Shown: positions 8,397-16,252, counted from the first letter of the stretch. The stretch: DNA of 44,353 nucleotides from an uncultured Gammaproteobacteria bacterium (GCA_964566675.1 CAZMJG010000001.1:1-44353), one strand, 5' to 3'. The notes: a model not told the origin generated them from the letters alone. A program made the numbers and translations.

Positions 8397-9434
8397 ATGA
8401 ATAAGCAAGACTTCGTATTTTCGGTAGCTCAACTCAAAGAATATCTCACTTCAAAAGGATGGGATATGAGTCGTATGGAAAAGATGGGCGCCTGGCCAGA
8501 GCATGGATTTAATTTACTCATCCCGAAGTATTATATCGACCTTATCGATTGGTATGATGAAGAAGATCCTTTAAGAAAAATGGTGATGACCAGTAATCTG
8601 GAGCAAGAAATACAGGAGTATGAAGAATCAGACCCAGTGGGTGACGAATCTCATAGTCCGGTTCCTGGGATAATCCATCGCTACCCAGATAGGTGTCTCC
8701 TCATGCTCACAAATGCGTGCGCCGTGCATTGTCGTTTTTGCTTTCGTAAAAATTTACTTCATTCTAATATTGCCCTGTATCAGAAGTGTATGGATTATTT
8801 AAAAGAACATACTGAATTATGGGAAGTGATACTTTCGGGTGGTGATCCGTTTACATTTACTGATGTTTTTATGGAAAAGGTGATACGAGATATTCGGGCT
8901 ATACCACACCTAAAAATGATACGGTTTCATACACGTACTCCAGCGGTATATCCGCAACGAGTAAACGATCGTTTTCTTGAAGCTATTGGGCAGGCGATGC
9001 CATACACAGTAGTCATACATATAAATCATCCAAAAGAAATAACGTCTGACTTTGCTGATTCTATAAAAAAATTGCGTTCTACTGGTGGGCTTATCCTGAG
9101 TCAAACAGTACTTATGAAAGGGGTTAATGATAACACCAAGACATTATCCGCATTGTTTAAAAGCTTGATTGAGATTGGTATAAAACCCTATTATTTACAT
9201 CATCTCGATGCGGCGGCGGGAACTCATCATTTCCGAACTTCAGTTGAACAAGGGAAAAAACTCATGCATGAATTGCGAGGGCACATACCCGGTACCTGTA
9301 TACCCGAGTATGTGATAGATACCCCGGGTGGGTATGGAAAGATACCCGTCTTTTGGTTTCAACACACTGGGGAGAAAACCTATGAGGCGACCTCATTTGA
9401 AGGGAAAAAAATAGTTTACTCCGATAGAATTTAG
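8397..9434 (+). CDS. KamA-family radical SAM enzyme (lysine 2,3-aminomutase / EpmB-like)
   Basis: CAVHCRFCFRK CxxxCxxC cluster, SGGDPF motif, and 345 aa length like EpmB. Confidence 0.8.
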   Translation: MNKQDFVFSVAQLKEYLTSKGWDMSRMEKMGAWPEHGFNLLIPKYYIDLIDWYDEEDPLRKMVMTSNLEQEIQEYEESDPVGDESHSPVPGIIHRYPDRCLLMLTNACAVHCRFCFRKNLLHSNIALYQKCMDYLKEHTELWEVILSGGDPFTFTDVFMEKVIRDIRAIPHLKMIRFHTRTPAVYPQRVNDRFLEAIGQAMPYTVVIHINHPKEITSDFADSIKKLRSTGGLILSQTVLMKGVNDNTKTLSALFKSLIEIGIKPYYLHHLDAAAGTHHFRTSVEQGKKLMHELRGHIPGTCIPEYVIDTPGGYGKIPVFWFQHTGEKTYEATSFEGKKIVYSDRI

Positions 9435-9545
9435 TTAAGGGACTTGCGTAATTTCCATCGGGGTACTATACTATAGGATACATGCTTAATCAAGTTAACT
9501 AAATCTAAAATCTTGATTTGGCCTACTGGATAAATATATTCAATT

Positions 9546-10508
9546 ATGAAAAAAAGAATACTCTTTGATCCGCATGGAGGACATGCGACTACAGGTCGCG
9601 ATGATGGACGATGTGATGTGACGAGTAATGTGCAGGCTGCACTTGCAAAAAATATCATACCAAGTATCACGGGACATAATGAAACCAGTGGGTGGAATGA
9701 CTATCTTGAGGCAATGTCTGCAGCTGGAAAAAGCCACTACAGCATACTAGGTACAGAGTTTGGATACCTTTACACAGATCCTACAACGAAACAGAGATAC
9801 AAAGGTGAAATCATCTGTTTGCTCCCAGCTCATGAAAAGTTGGCTCAGAAAATAAAAAATGATGTGATTGATTTATGGAGAGCAAAAAAATGGTATAAAA
9901 AACAACCTTTAACAGTGCTCATTGACCATGTGAAAAGCAATCTGACACAAAATGAATTTGATCAGTTGGTATGGCATTTGCCTCACCCGGTGACGATAGA
10001 TGCTGTCCCAGTAGGTAAACTGATTGCTCGAGTGTGGGGAAAGTTTGATATTCTCTCTGCCCCGGAAGTGTTTTTTCCAGAAATTGCTCGGGTAATAAAT
10101 ACTATTGAAGTATATAATGCGGCTCATCCCGGTGTGACAAACCGCATGAGTGTAGATTTTGCCAAAGATCCACGATTTAGTCATGTAGGTTGGGCTGGTG
10201 CCTCGGATAGTCACCATGCTTGCTGGTTGGGAGCAGGTGCAACACTTCTTGAGATAGAAGAAGAATCTGCTGAGGGGATTCTGAATGCTATGAAAACAGG
10301 TCGTACGATAGCGCTGAGTGGATTTGGTGATATGAGTAATAGCGTGATACCTTTTCTTATGTGGGGTCTTACAATCGGCTTTGCTAATACAAAAGTGACC
10401 GATATGATTGCCACAAAAACCAATGCTCACAAAGCATTTGAAACGGTTGAAAGCACTGCTTTCGATGATCTTCTTGCTTGCTCAAAGGAGCTGGGCTGGC
10501 TTCGATGA
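9546..10508 (+). CDS. PHP-domain metal-dependent phosphoesterase (putative)
   Basis: N-terminal FDPHGGHATTGRDDG (DxHxH-type) and C-terminal GASDSHH motifs are typical of PHP domains. Confidence 0.45.
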   Translation: MKKRILFDPHGGHATTGRDDGRCDVTSNVQAALAKNIIPSITGHNETSGWNDYLEAMSAAGKSHYSILGTEFGYLYTDPTTKQRYKGEIICLLPAHEKLAQKIKNDVIDLWRAKKWYKKQPLTVLIDHVKSNLTQNEFDQLVWHLPHPVTIDAVPVGKLIARVWGKFDILSAPEVFFPEIARVINTIEVYNAAHPGVTNRMSVDFAKDPRFSHVGWAGASDSHHACWLGAGATLLEIEEESAEGILNAMKTGRTIALSGFGDMSNSVIPFLMWGLTIGFANTKVTDMIATKTNAHKAFETVESTAFDDLLACSKELGWLR

Positions 10509-10512
10509 CGGT

Positions 10513-10719
10513 TCATTTATACTTTTCAGTAAAAACTTTATGTGCATCTGAAATAGGCGGAACAAAGTATTTAGCTCGTTCTGCGTCTGTAATGCTATTG
10601 TCAAAAGGGGCCATTTCCCACGCTTTTAGTACTAGTTTTCGAAGATCTTTCTTTATGGTCTTCAAGATAAAGCTGTTCAAGTTCCAAATGGATAGCCATG
10701 CTTTATTATACTCAGAGGT
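10513..10719 (-). pseudogene. Start-less ORF fragment ending ...KAWEMAPFDNSITDAERAKYFVPPISDAHKVFTEKYK; possible 3' remnant of a gene truncated at the island boundary
   Basis: Hand translation of the minus strand gives an open frame from 10719 to the stop at 10513 with no ATG near its 5' end (only an internal TTG at 10680). It abuts the direct repeat at 10740. Confidence 0.25.
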
Positions 10720-10739
10720 TTAGAAGTTTTATATTTCTT

Positions 10740-10772
10740 AGTCGTGAGCAAAACCCATTTTTTCCATGGCGG
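10740..10772. repeat. Left direct repeat (S2) of the tRNA-Ser-adjacent island
   Basis: AGTCGTGAGCAAAACCCATTTTTTCCATGGCGG versus 14707-14740 AGTCGAGAACAAATCCCGACTTTTTTCATGGCGG, about 80 percent identical by hand alignment. Confidence 0.55.
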
Positions 10773-10787
10773 GGAAAAAAAAGCGTG

Positions 10788-11354
10788 CTAATCGATCTTA
10801 TATCCATCTGTTACTGAGACATCGGCTTTTAATATATATTCTGTATAAGTAGGTTTATCCGTATCAAGGATTGATCTCAATTTATTAATTAGAGGTAATC
10901 CTTTTCCAGTATCATTATGGGTTAGATTGTCTCCATTGATATTCCAAGAAATTGCTATATCCTTTTGCGGATCATATAAGCCTTGCTTAGCAATTGCTCG
11001 TTGGAGCATCTGTGCTTTAACAACTGAATCTAATCCTTTTTCAATTAAACTTTTAGCCCCGGGACCTAGCTCAGAGAGTATCAGTTTTATCGCCTGATTA
11101 GTTTTTTTGTTTCCAAAATTTGAAAATACTTTACGAGCAACTAATCCATATATTTCCGAATCTTGTTCTATAATTGCAAATACTTCAAGTGCCTTTTCTA
11201 ATTCACCAGAATCTAACTCTACTGAATATCCAAAGATATCATTAATAGCAGGAATATGCTTATTTACAAAAACTTGCAATAGCCTTTTAGCTTTATTATC
11301 TGCTTCATTTTGTAGTAGCTCTTCCTGATTTTGATTTTCTACTTCATCACGCAT
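10788..11354 (-). CDS. Hypothetical protein (188 aa) inside the island
   Basis: ORF with plausible, mostly helical composition; no motif recognised. Confidence 0.6.
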   Translation of the reverse strand: MRDEVENQNQEELLQNEADNKAKRLLQVFVNKHIPAINDIFGYSVELDSGELEKALEVFAIIEQDSEIYGLVARKVFSNFGNKKTNQAIKLILSELGPGAKSLIEKGLDSVVKAQMLQRAIAKQGLYDPQKDIAISWNINGDNLTHNDTGKGLPLINKLRSILDTDKPTYTEYILKADVSVTDGYKID

Positions 11355-11486
11355 AAATTATGTAAATATTATATCACTAGCTGCTCCTTCCCTCTGTCGG
11401 CGACATATAGTTGTAAACAAAGGGAAAGAGGATGACGGCGAGCGTCGAGCAGCAAACCAGCGGAACGGCTGGAGAAGCTTGGATTA

Positions 11487-11523
11487 TGGCGGGGTGCGTG
11501 GGACGCAGTTGGAACTTATTTGA
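11487..11523. repeat. Internal repeat A (TGGCGG-initiated) upstream of the methyltransferase gene
   Basis: TGGCGGGGTGCGTGGGACGCAGTTGGAACTTATTTG resembles 14028-14062 and begins like the tRNA-Ser 3' end (TGGCGGAGAGAGTGGGA). Confidence 0.45.
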
Positions 11524-11617
11524 CTCATGCTTCCTAGCATTCTTAAATTATTAAGATGTGTAAATCCCTCTACTCGAAGGACTTTTCAAATGCTTGCCAA
11601 TAAGGTACAATACCCTT

Positions 11618-14008
11618 ATGAATAAATCAATTACGAGATTATCTTCTTCAGAAGTACACGCATATAGATTTATTTATGATGAACTAACTAAGAAAAAAGA
11701 ATGGAAAAAGGAGCAGATTTATACTCAGCAAGAATGCCAGCAAATAGATGGAATTAAGAAAAGCTTAGGGCTGTTAACGCCTGAAAATATTATAAAAATA
11801 AACGAGGATATTTACTACGTTGTTGAGTCAAAGAATGCAAGAAATAAATTAGATGTTGCATTACAAGAAGCAAAAAGATATGCAGACACAATTAACGGAA
11901 AAAGTTCTCTGAAAGCATTATTTGCTACTGGTATAGCAGGTAATGATGATGAAGGCTTTCTTGGGAAAACAGAATATTTTGATGGTAAAAAGTGGAATGT
12001 TGTAACTGAAAATGAAATTGAAGTTACAAGCCTATTATCAAAAACTCAAGTCGAAAATTTACTTCAGTCAAAGAATCCTAACATTCAAGATGTGGAAGTA
12101 TCAGAGACTGAGTTTCTTCATTCAGCTGAAAAAATAAATGAGATTCTAAATGACAACTCAATAAACAAAGATTATAGAGCACGCTTTATTTCCTCGATTC
12201 TTCTAGCATTATCAGATGGTTCAGAAATTAATCTTAATGAACAAGATACATCAGTTCTAATTTCTACAATTAATGCAAAGGTTGACTCTATTCTTAATAA
12301 ACATAATAAGCGGGATTTTTCTCGCTTTATTAAAATTGACGAACCTTCCAGCCCTGATAACCATGTTAAGGTAAAAGCAGCCATCGTTAAGACAATTCAA
12401 GAACTACTTGGTTTGAATATACGATCAGCAATGCGGTCTGGGAGAGACATTCTAGGTGAGTTTTATGAAGTGTTTTTAAAGTATGGGAATGGAGCAAAAG
12501 AAATTGGAATTGTTCTTACGCCACGTCATATAACGAAATTTGCTGCAGAAGTATTAGATATAAAACATAATGATTTAGTATTAGATCCAGCTTGTGGTAC
12601 AGGTGGATTCATAGTAGCAGCTTTCGATAAAGTGAAACAATCTAACCCTTCAAACTCACAACTCGAAAACTTTAAAGTCAATGGCCTATATGGAATTGAA
12701 GAGCAAGATCCCATCATAGCACTTGCAATCGTCAACATGATTTTTAGAGGTGATGGTAAAAATAATATGATTGAGGGTAATTGTTTTAATAAATGGTTAA
12801 CTCTAGATACAAGTAAGAATTCTGTTGCAGCAAAATATATATCATCCGATGTGGATACACGAATACAGCCTATTACAAAAGTTATGATGAACCCTCCTTT
12901 TGCACAAAAATCCAGTAAGAGCAAAGAGTATCATTTTATTGACCAAGCTTTGAAGCAAATGCAAAACGAAGGAACTTTATTTGCTATTTTACCCACTTCT
13001 GTACTAATAGAAAAGTCAGCTAAGCAATGGCGTAAAGATTTGTTAAAGAAGAATACTCTTCTTGCAGTAATCACCTTTCCAGAAGACTTATTTTATCCTA
13101 CAGGAACTCATACATTAGGAATATTTATTAAGAAAGGTGTGCCTCACCCTGCTACTCAAAGAGTTTTATGGGCAAGGTGTCTAACTGATGGATTATTAAA
13201 GAAAAAAGGTAAAAGATTAAAAAATGAAAGGGCTACTAATCAGTTAGCTGAAATCGAAAAGACTGTAAAAAACTTTATAAAAGATCCAATAAATACAGAA
13301 GTAGCAGATATACCAGAATTTCAAAAAGCGATCGCAATAGATATGAATGATGAGACTTTGGAATTAGTGCCAGAGTCATACTTGAATGATATTGAACCTA
13401 CTTATTCAGAGATTATAGGAGAGCTTGAAAAGCTTGTAAAAGAAACAGCAGGTTATTTATTAACATTAGGCGGAAAGAAAATAATTATAAATCAAAAAAA
13501 TGAAAAAATTGTTCCTAAGAATAGGGTTGCCTATTTTGATATAAGTGGAGAAAATGGATTATGTAATATTGAAAGAAAATATGCTCCATATCTTAATGAG
13601 CTTGATAGTGATATTCAAGAAACTCCATATGTAACTACAACGGAATCGAATAATGGTGTATCACTTAGGTGTGATACTAAACCTAATTTTAAAAGAAATA
13701 CACTAACAGTCTCTTTAGACGGTAAATGTGGCACAACCTTTTATCAATTTGAGGACTATATAGCTGGTGAAAAAACTGCAGTAATTACACTTAAAAAGTC
13801 ACATGATCCATATGTCCTATTCTACATTGCTGCTTTAATTCGTTTAAAATCTTGGAGATACCATTATGGCAGGAAACTTTCCATGGGACGTCTTGCTTAT
13901 TTTAAGTTACCTATGCCCATTAATGAAAAAGGAGAAACAGATTTTACAGCAATCGAGCAAATTGTTAAAAATAGCTATGGATGGGAAATGATTGATGCTT
14001 ATTTATGA
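11618..14008 (+). CDS. N6-adenine DNA methyltransferase fused to an N-terminal PD-(D/E)xK-like nuclease domain and a C-terminal recognition region (type IIG-like restriction-modification enzyme)
   Basis: Motif I DPACGTGGF precedes motif IV MNPPF (gamma-class order). The N-terminus has TPENII...YYVVESK, an (E/D)...ExK pattern. About 240 aa of C-terminal extension follow. ATG at 11618 is preferred over the listed TTG at 11594. Confidence 0.75.
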   Translation: MNKSITRLSSSEVHAYRFIYDELTKKKEWKKEQIYTQQECQQIDGIKKSLGLLTPENIIKINEDIYYVVESKNARNKLDVALQEAKRYADTINGKSSLKALFATGIAGNDDEGFLGKTEYFDGKKWNVVTENEIEVTSLLSKTQVENLLQSKNPNIQDVEVSETEFLHSAEKINEILNDNSINKDYRARFISSILLALSDGSEINLNEQDTSVLISTINAKVDSILNKHNKRDFSRFIKIDEPSSPDNHVKVKAAIVKTIQELLGLNIRSAMRSGRDILGEFYEVFLKYGNGAKEIGIVLTPRHITKFAAEVLDIKHNDLVLDPACGTGGFIVAAFDKVKQSNPSNSQLENFKVNGLYGIEEQDPIIALAIVNMIFRGDGKNNMIEGNCFNKWLTLDTSKNSVAAKYISSDVDTRIQPITKVMMNPPFAQKSSKSKEYHFIDQALKQMQNEGTLFAILPTSVLIEKSAKQWRKDLLKKNTLLAVITFPEDLFYPTGTHTLGIFIKKGVPHPATQRVLWARCLTDGLLKKKGKRLKNERATNQLAEIEKTVKNFIKDPINTEVADIPEFQKAIAIDMNDETLELVPESYLNDIEPTYSEIIGELEKLVKETAGYLLTLGGKKIIINQKNEKIVPKNRVAYFDISGENGLCNIERKYAPYLNELDSDIQETPYVTTTESNNGVSLRCDTKPNFKRNTLTVSLDGKCGTTFYQFEDYIAGEKTAVITLKKSHDPYVLFYIAALIRLKSWRYHYGRKLSMGRLAYFKLPMPINEKGETDFTAIEQIVKNSYGWEMIDAYL

Positions 14009-14027
14009 TACAATTCCTGGCGGCGTG

Positions 14028-14062
14028 ATGGTACGACGTTGGAGCTTATTTTTCCTTTTATT
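14028..14062. repeat. Internal repeat B downstream of the methyltransferase gene
   Basis: TGGCGGCGTGATGGTACGACGTTGGAGCTTATTT aligns with repeat A with one or two indels. Confidence 0.45.
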
Positions 14063-14159
14063 AATACTAAATTGAAAAGTTAAACATATAAACTATTTTA
14101 TTTTTTTTTAGAGTTAATATTCCTCTAGTTTTTCTATTTTCATAGCCTACTCCGAAGGT

Positions 14160-14597
14160 TTGATCGGACAGAAAGACGTTACAAGTAGTACCCGGGAAGT
14201 AGTAAGTCAACAAGTCCTTAATGTCACCGAGAAGCAAAACCATTTGCTCGATTTATTACTTTCAAAAAAAATTACTCAGGAAAGATATGATGAAAAAGAC
14301 AAAGAATTTGAAACAAAGAAATTTGATCTGGAATTGCAGTTAAAAAATATGAAACCTATTGATGTTGATGTAACTTTGGAACTTTTAGAAAAAGTAAAAA
14401 AGGATACTTGTGACGCTCCTCTCATGTTTAAGGAAGGAGATAATGAAGTGAGAGAAAATTTGCTTAAATCGTTACTTTGGAACTTAAAAATAAAAGATGG
14501 AGAAATACAGTCAGTACAATACAAACTGCCTTATGCCTACCTTCTAAATCTTCATGGAAACCGTAATTTAGAAGACTGGCGGAGAGAGTGGGATTAA
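14160..14597 (+). pseudogene. C-terminal fragment of a large serine recombinase (coiled-coil region only; catalytic and zinc-ribbon parts absent)
   Basis: The pattern HLLDLLLSKKITQERYDEKDKEFETKKFDLELQL is typical of the recombinase coiled-coil. The frame is open from 14118 without a proper start. The last codons WRREWD are encoded by a duplicate of the tRNA-Ser 3' end. Confidence 0.5.
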
Positions 14598-14700
14598 CCG
14601 ATTTCACTGCGTTCATCGGTACTAACTTGCAGTAATCCTCACTTTGTATCGGAAACTGCAAGTGCAAGCGAACCGTCGGTTCTCATCCGCACTCTTGCAT
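14577..14700 (-). repeat. Complete copy (C1) of the structured repeat. On the minus strand it ends AATCCCACTCTCTCCGCCA, identical to the last 19 nt of tRNA-Ser.
   Basis: Hairpins: ACCGAT/ATCGGT (14597-14602/14615-14620), ACTTGCAGT/ACTGCAAGT (14625-14633/14655-14663), GAACCGTCGGTTC (14670-14682). Imperfect terminal inverted repeats at 14585-14601 and 14676-14695. Confidence 0.65.
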
Positions 14701-14733
14701 AAAAAAAGTCGAGAACAAATCCCGACTTTTTTC
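14701..14733. terminator. Bidirectional intrinsic terminator hairpin immediately 3' of tRNA-Ser
   Basis: AAAAAAAGTCG (14701-14711) pairs with CGACTTTTTT (14723-14732) around an 11-nt loop, with A/T runs on both sides. Confidence 0.7.
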
Positions 14734-14734
14734 A

Positions 14735-14824
14735 TGGCGGAGAGAGTGGGATTCGAACCCACGAGAGTATTGCTACCCTATCGGTTTTCAAGACCGACGC
14801 ACTCGGCCACTATGCGACCTCTCC
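14735..14824 (-). tRNA. tRNA-Ser (anticodon UGA), class II with long variable arm, CCA encoded
   Basis: Hand fold: GGAGAGG acceptor, GCA/TGC D stem, TCGGT-CTTGAAA-ACCGA anticodon arm, GGGTA-GCAA-TACTC variable arm, GTGGG-TTCGAAT-CCCAC T arm, TCTCTCC-G-CCA. Confidence 0.9.
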
Positions 14825-14842
14825 TTTGTACTTTATACGGTG

Positions 14843-14915
14843 AGGCGCGGAGGGGAATCGAACCCCTGCAGTAGAAGTTTTGCAGACTCCCGTGTTTCCA
14901 CTTCACCACCGCGCC
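14843..14915 (-). tRNA. tRNA-Cys (anticodon GCA)
   Basis: Hand fold: GGCGCGG/CCGCGCC acceptor, GGAGT-CTGCAAA-ACTTC anticodon arm, AGGGG-TTCGATT-CCCCT T arm; no encoded CCA. Confidence 0.85.
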
Positions 14916-15039
14916 ATATGTGAATGTTCTCTATAAAAAAGCTTGCAGATATTGTAATACATTTTACATATTTTGCCTACTCCACTTTATGAAAGATGCA
15001 GCCAGCTATTATCTACTATAAAGGCGTAAGCCCAATGTA

Positions 15040-15510
15040 TCAATTTTTGCTTTGTGTTGCCATATCCTGAAGCACCTCTTCTGCGTGCTCCTGAGGCTTG
15101 ACTCCCTCATATACTTTTACCAGAATTCCTTCTGGATTTATAAGAAACGAATTTCGCTTTATACCTAAAAACTCTTTGCCAAACATTTTTTTGGGAGCCC
15201 AAGAATCGTAGGCTTTTACTACCTCTTTTGACTCATCGGCAAGAAGCGTAAAGGGTAAATTATATTTCTGTGCAAACTTCGCATGGCTTTCGGGAGAATC
15301 TGCACTGATGCCAAGGACGACTGCATTGGCTTTCTCAAAACCCGCCATATTATCGCGGATGGTACACGCCTCGATAGTGCAGCCGGGGGTATCATCTTTT
15401 GGGTAAAAATAGACAAGCACCCATTTGCCTTTATAATCTGAAAGTTTGTGTATTTTGCCTGTCTGATCAGCAAGTGAAAATTGGGGAGCGGGCGTATTGA
15501 GTGGAATCAT
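15040..15510 (-). CDS. bcp: Peroxiredoxin, Bcp/PrxQ type
   Basis: APQFSLADQTGK...WVLVYFYPKDDTPGCTIEAC contains the PxxxTxxC peroxidatic motif. The start at the internal Met (15510) avoids overlap with the upstream gene. Confidence 0.85.
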   Translation of the reverse strand: MIPLNTPAPQFSLADQTGKIHKLSDYKGKWVLVYFYPKDDTPGCTIEACTIRDNMAGFEKANAVVLGISADSPESHAKFAQKYNLPFTLLADESKEVVKAYDSWAPKKMFGKEFLGIKRNSFLINPEGILVKVYEGVKPQEHAEEVLQDMATQSKN

Positions 15511-15581
15511 ATATACATAGTATACCGAAGAATATGAAGAGGTAACTCCCATAGGAGATACCTCTCCATACGCACATACCG

Positions 15582-15872
15582 TTACATAGGCATGGCTTCG
15601 TATATTTTGACACTTGTGATGATGGGGCACTCTTTCAAAAGCTTTTCGACCTCTTCCATGTTTTCTGCTTTAATGATGGTATAGCCCACAATTGCATCTT
15701 TATCTTGTGGTAAAGACACGCTACCTGATGTGGTAACCTCTCTGCCTGGACCAAAAGGATTGCCGCTATCTACAACACGATCTCCAAGAACCTGGAACCA
15801 TTTGGTCCACCCGGACATAACTTCCGGAGAATGTTGCCACATACCCACATATAAAAGTATAAATTTCTTCAT
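15582..15872 (-). CDS. YCII-related domain protein
   Basis: 96 aa; MKKFILLY start, GYTIIKAENMEEVEKLLKECP and C-terminal beta strand pattern as in YciI-like proteins. Confidence 0.55.
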   Translation of the reverse strand: MKKFILLYVGMWQHSPEVMSGWTKWFQVLGDRVVDSGNPFGPGREVTTSGSVSLPQDKDAIVGYTIIKAENMEEVEKLLKECPIITSVKIYEAMPM

Positions 15873-16231
15873 TTTTTTTCACCTCCCATCTTTGTTGGTG
15901 TTTCTACATATTGAACATAATTTTCTAACGATTCGCTTGATGTCCCCCAATAGGCCTGAAACTGCATGAGCCAATCTTGAAGACGGAGTAAGGACTGACG
16001 ATTCAGAGTGAGCACATGCGTGCGGCCAATTTTTTTATCCTGAACTAACTGAGCATCTTTTAATAAGCGAATATGCTTATGAATTGCGGGTAAAGAAAGA
16101 TCTCTCATCATGGCAAGCTGACTCACCGAGTGAGGTTGGAGACCCAGCGCAAATATGATAGCTCGGCGGTGCTTGCTAGCAAGCGCTTCAAAAACAATAT
16201 CTAAATTGGTGTCAGAATCTGATAATTTCAT
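15869..16231 (-). CDS. ArsR/SmtB-family transcriptional regulator
   Basis: Winged HTH pattern HRRAIIFALGLQPHSVSQLAMMRDLSLPAIHKHIRLLKDAQLV. There is a 4-nt overlap with the downstream gene. Confidence 0.8.
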   Translation of the reverse strand: MKLSDSDTNLDIVFEALASKHRRAIIFALGLQPHSVSQLAMMRDLSLPAIHKHIRLLKDAQLVQDKKIGRTHVLTLNRQSLLRLQDWLMQFQAYWGTSSESLENYVQYVETPTKMGGEKK

Positions 16232-16236
16232 AATAG

Positions 16237-16252
16237 TTAACTAATAAGTTAA
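16237..16252. promoter_or_regulatory. Palindrome TTAACT-AATA-AGTTAA directly upstream of the ArsR-family gene (candidate auto-operator)
   Basis: 6-4-6 perfect inverted repeat read directly, located 6 nt from the start codon. Confidence 0.35.

Noticed and set aside
9909-10430. 173-aa and 70-aa minus-strand ORFs
   Set aside because: They lie entirely inside the PHP-domain gene on the opposite strand and have Cys/His/Phe-rich, non-protein-like composition.
14577-14700. Possibility that the CCA-ended repeat is a tRNA, a tRNA with a T-loop insertion, or the 3' part of tmRNA
   Set aside because: No complementary 5' acceptor strand (GGAGAGA) is present upstream. There is no TTCGA/TTCAA T-loop, and the acceptor end of the second copy (GGAACCA) does not fit the tmRNA G-U/ACCA pattern. 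It is kept as an unexplained repeat instead.
14644-14874. 76-aa + strand ORF
   Set aside because: It lies antisense across tRNA-Ser and tRNA-Cys. Its peptide motifs such as GFEPT and GIEPL are just translations of tRNA T-arms.
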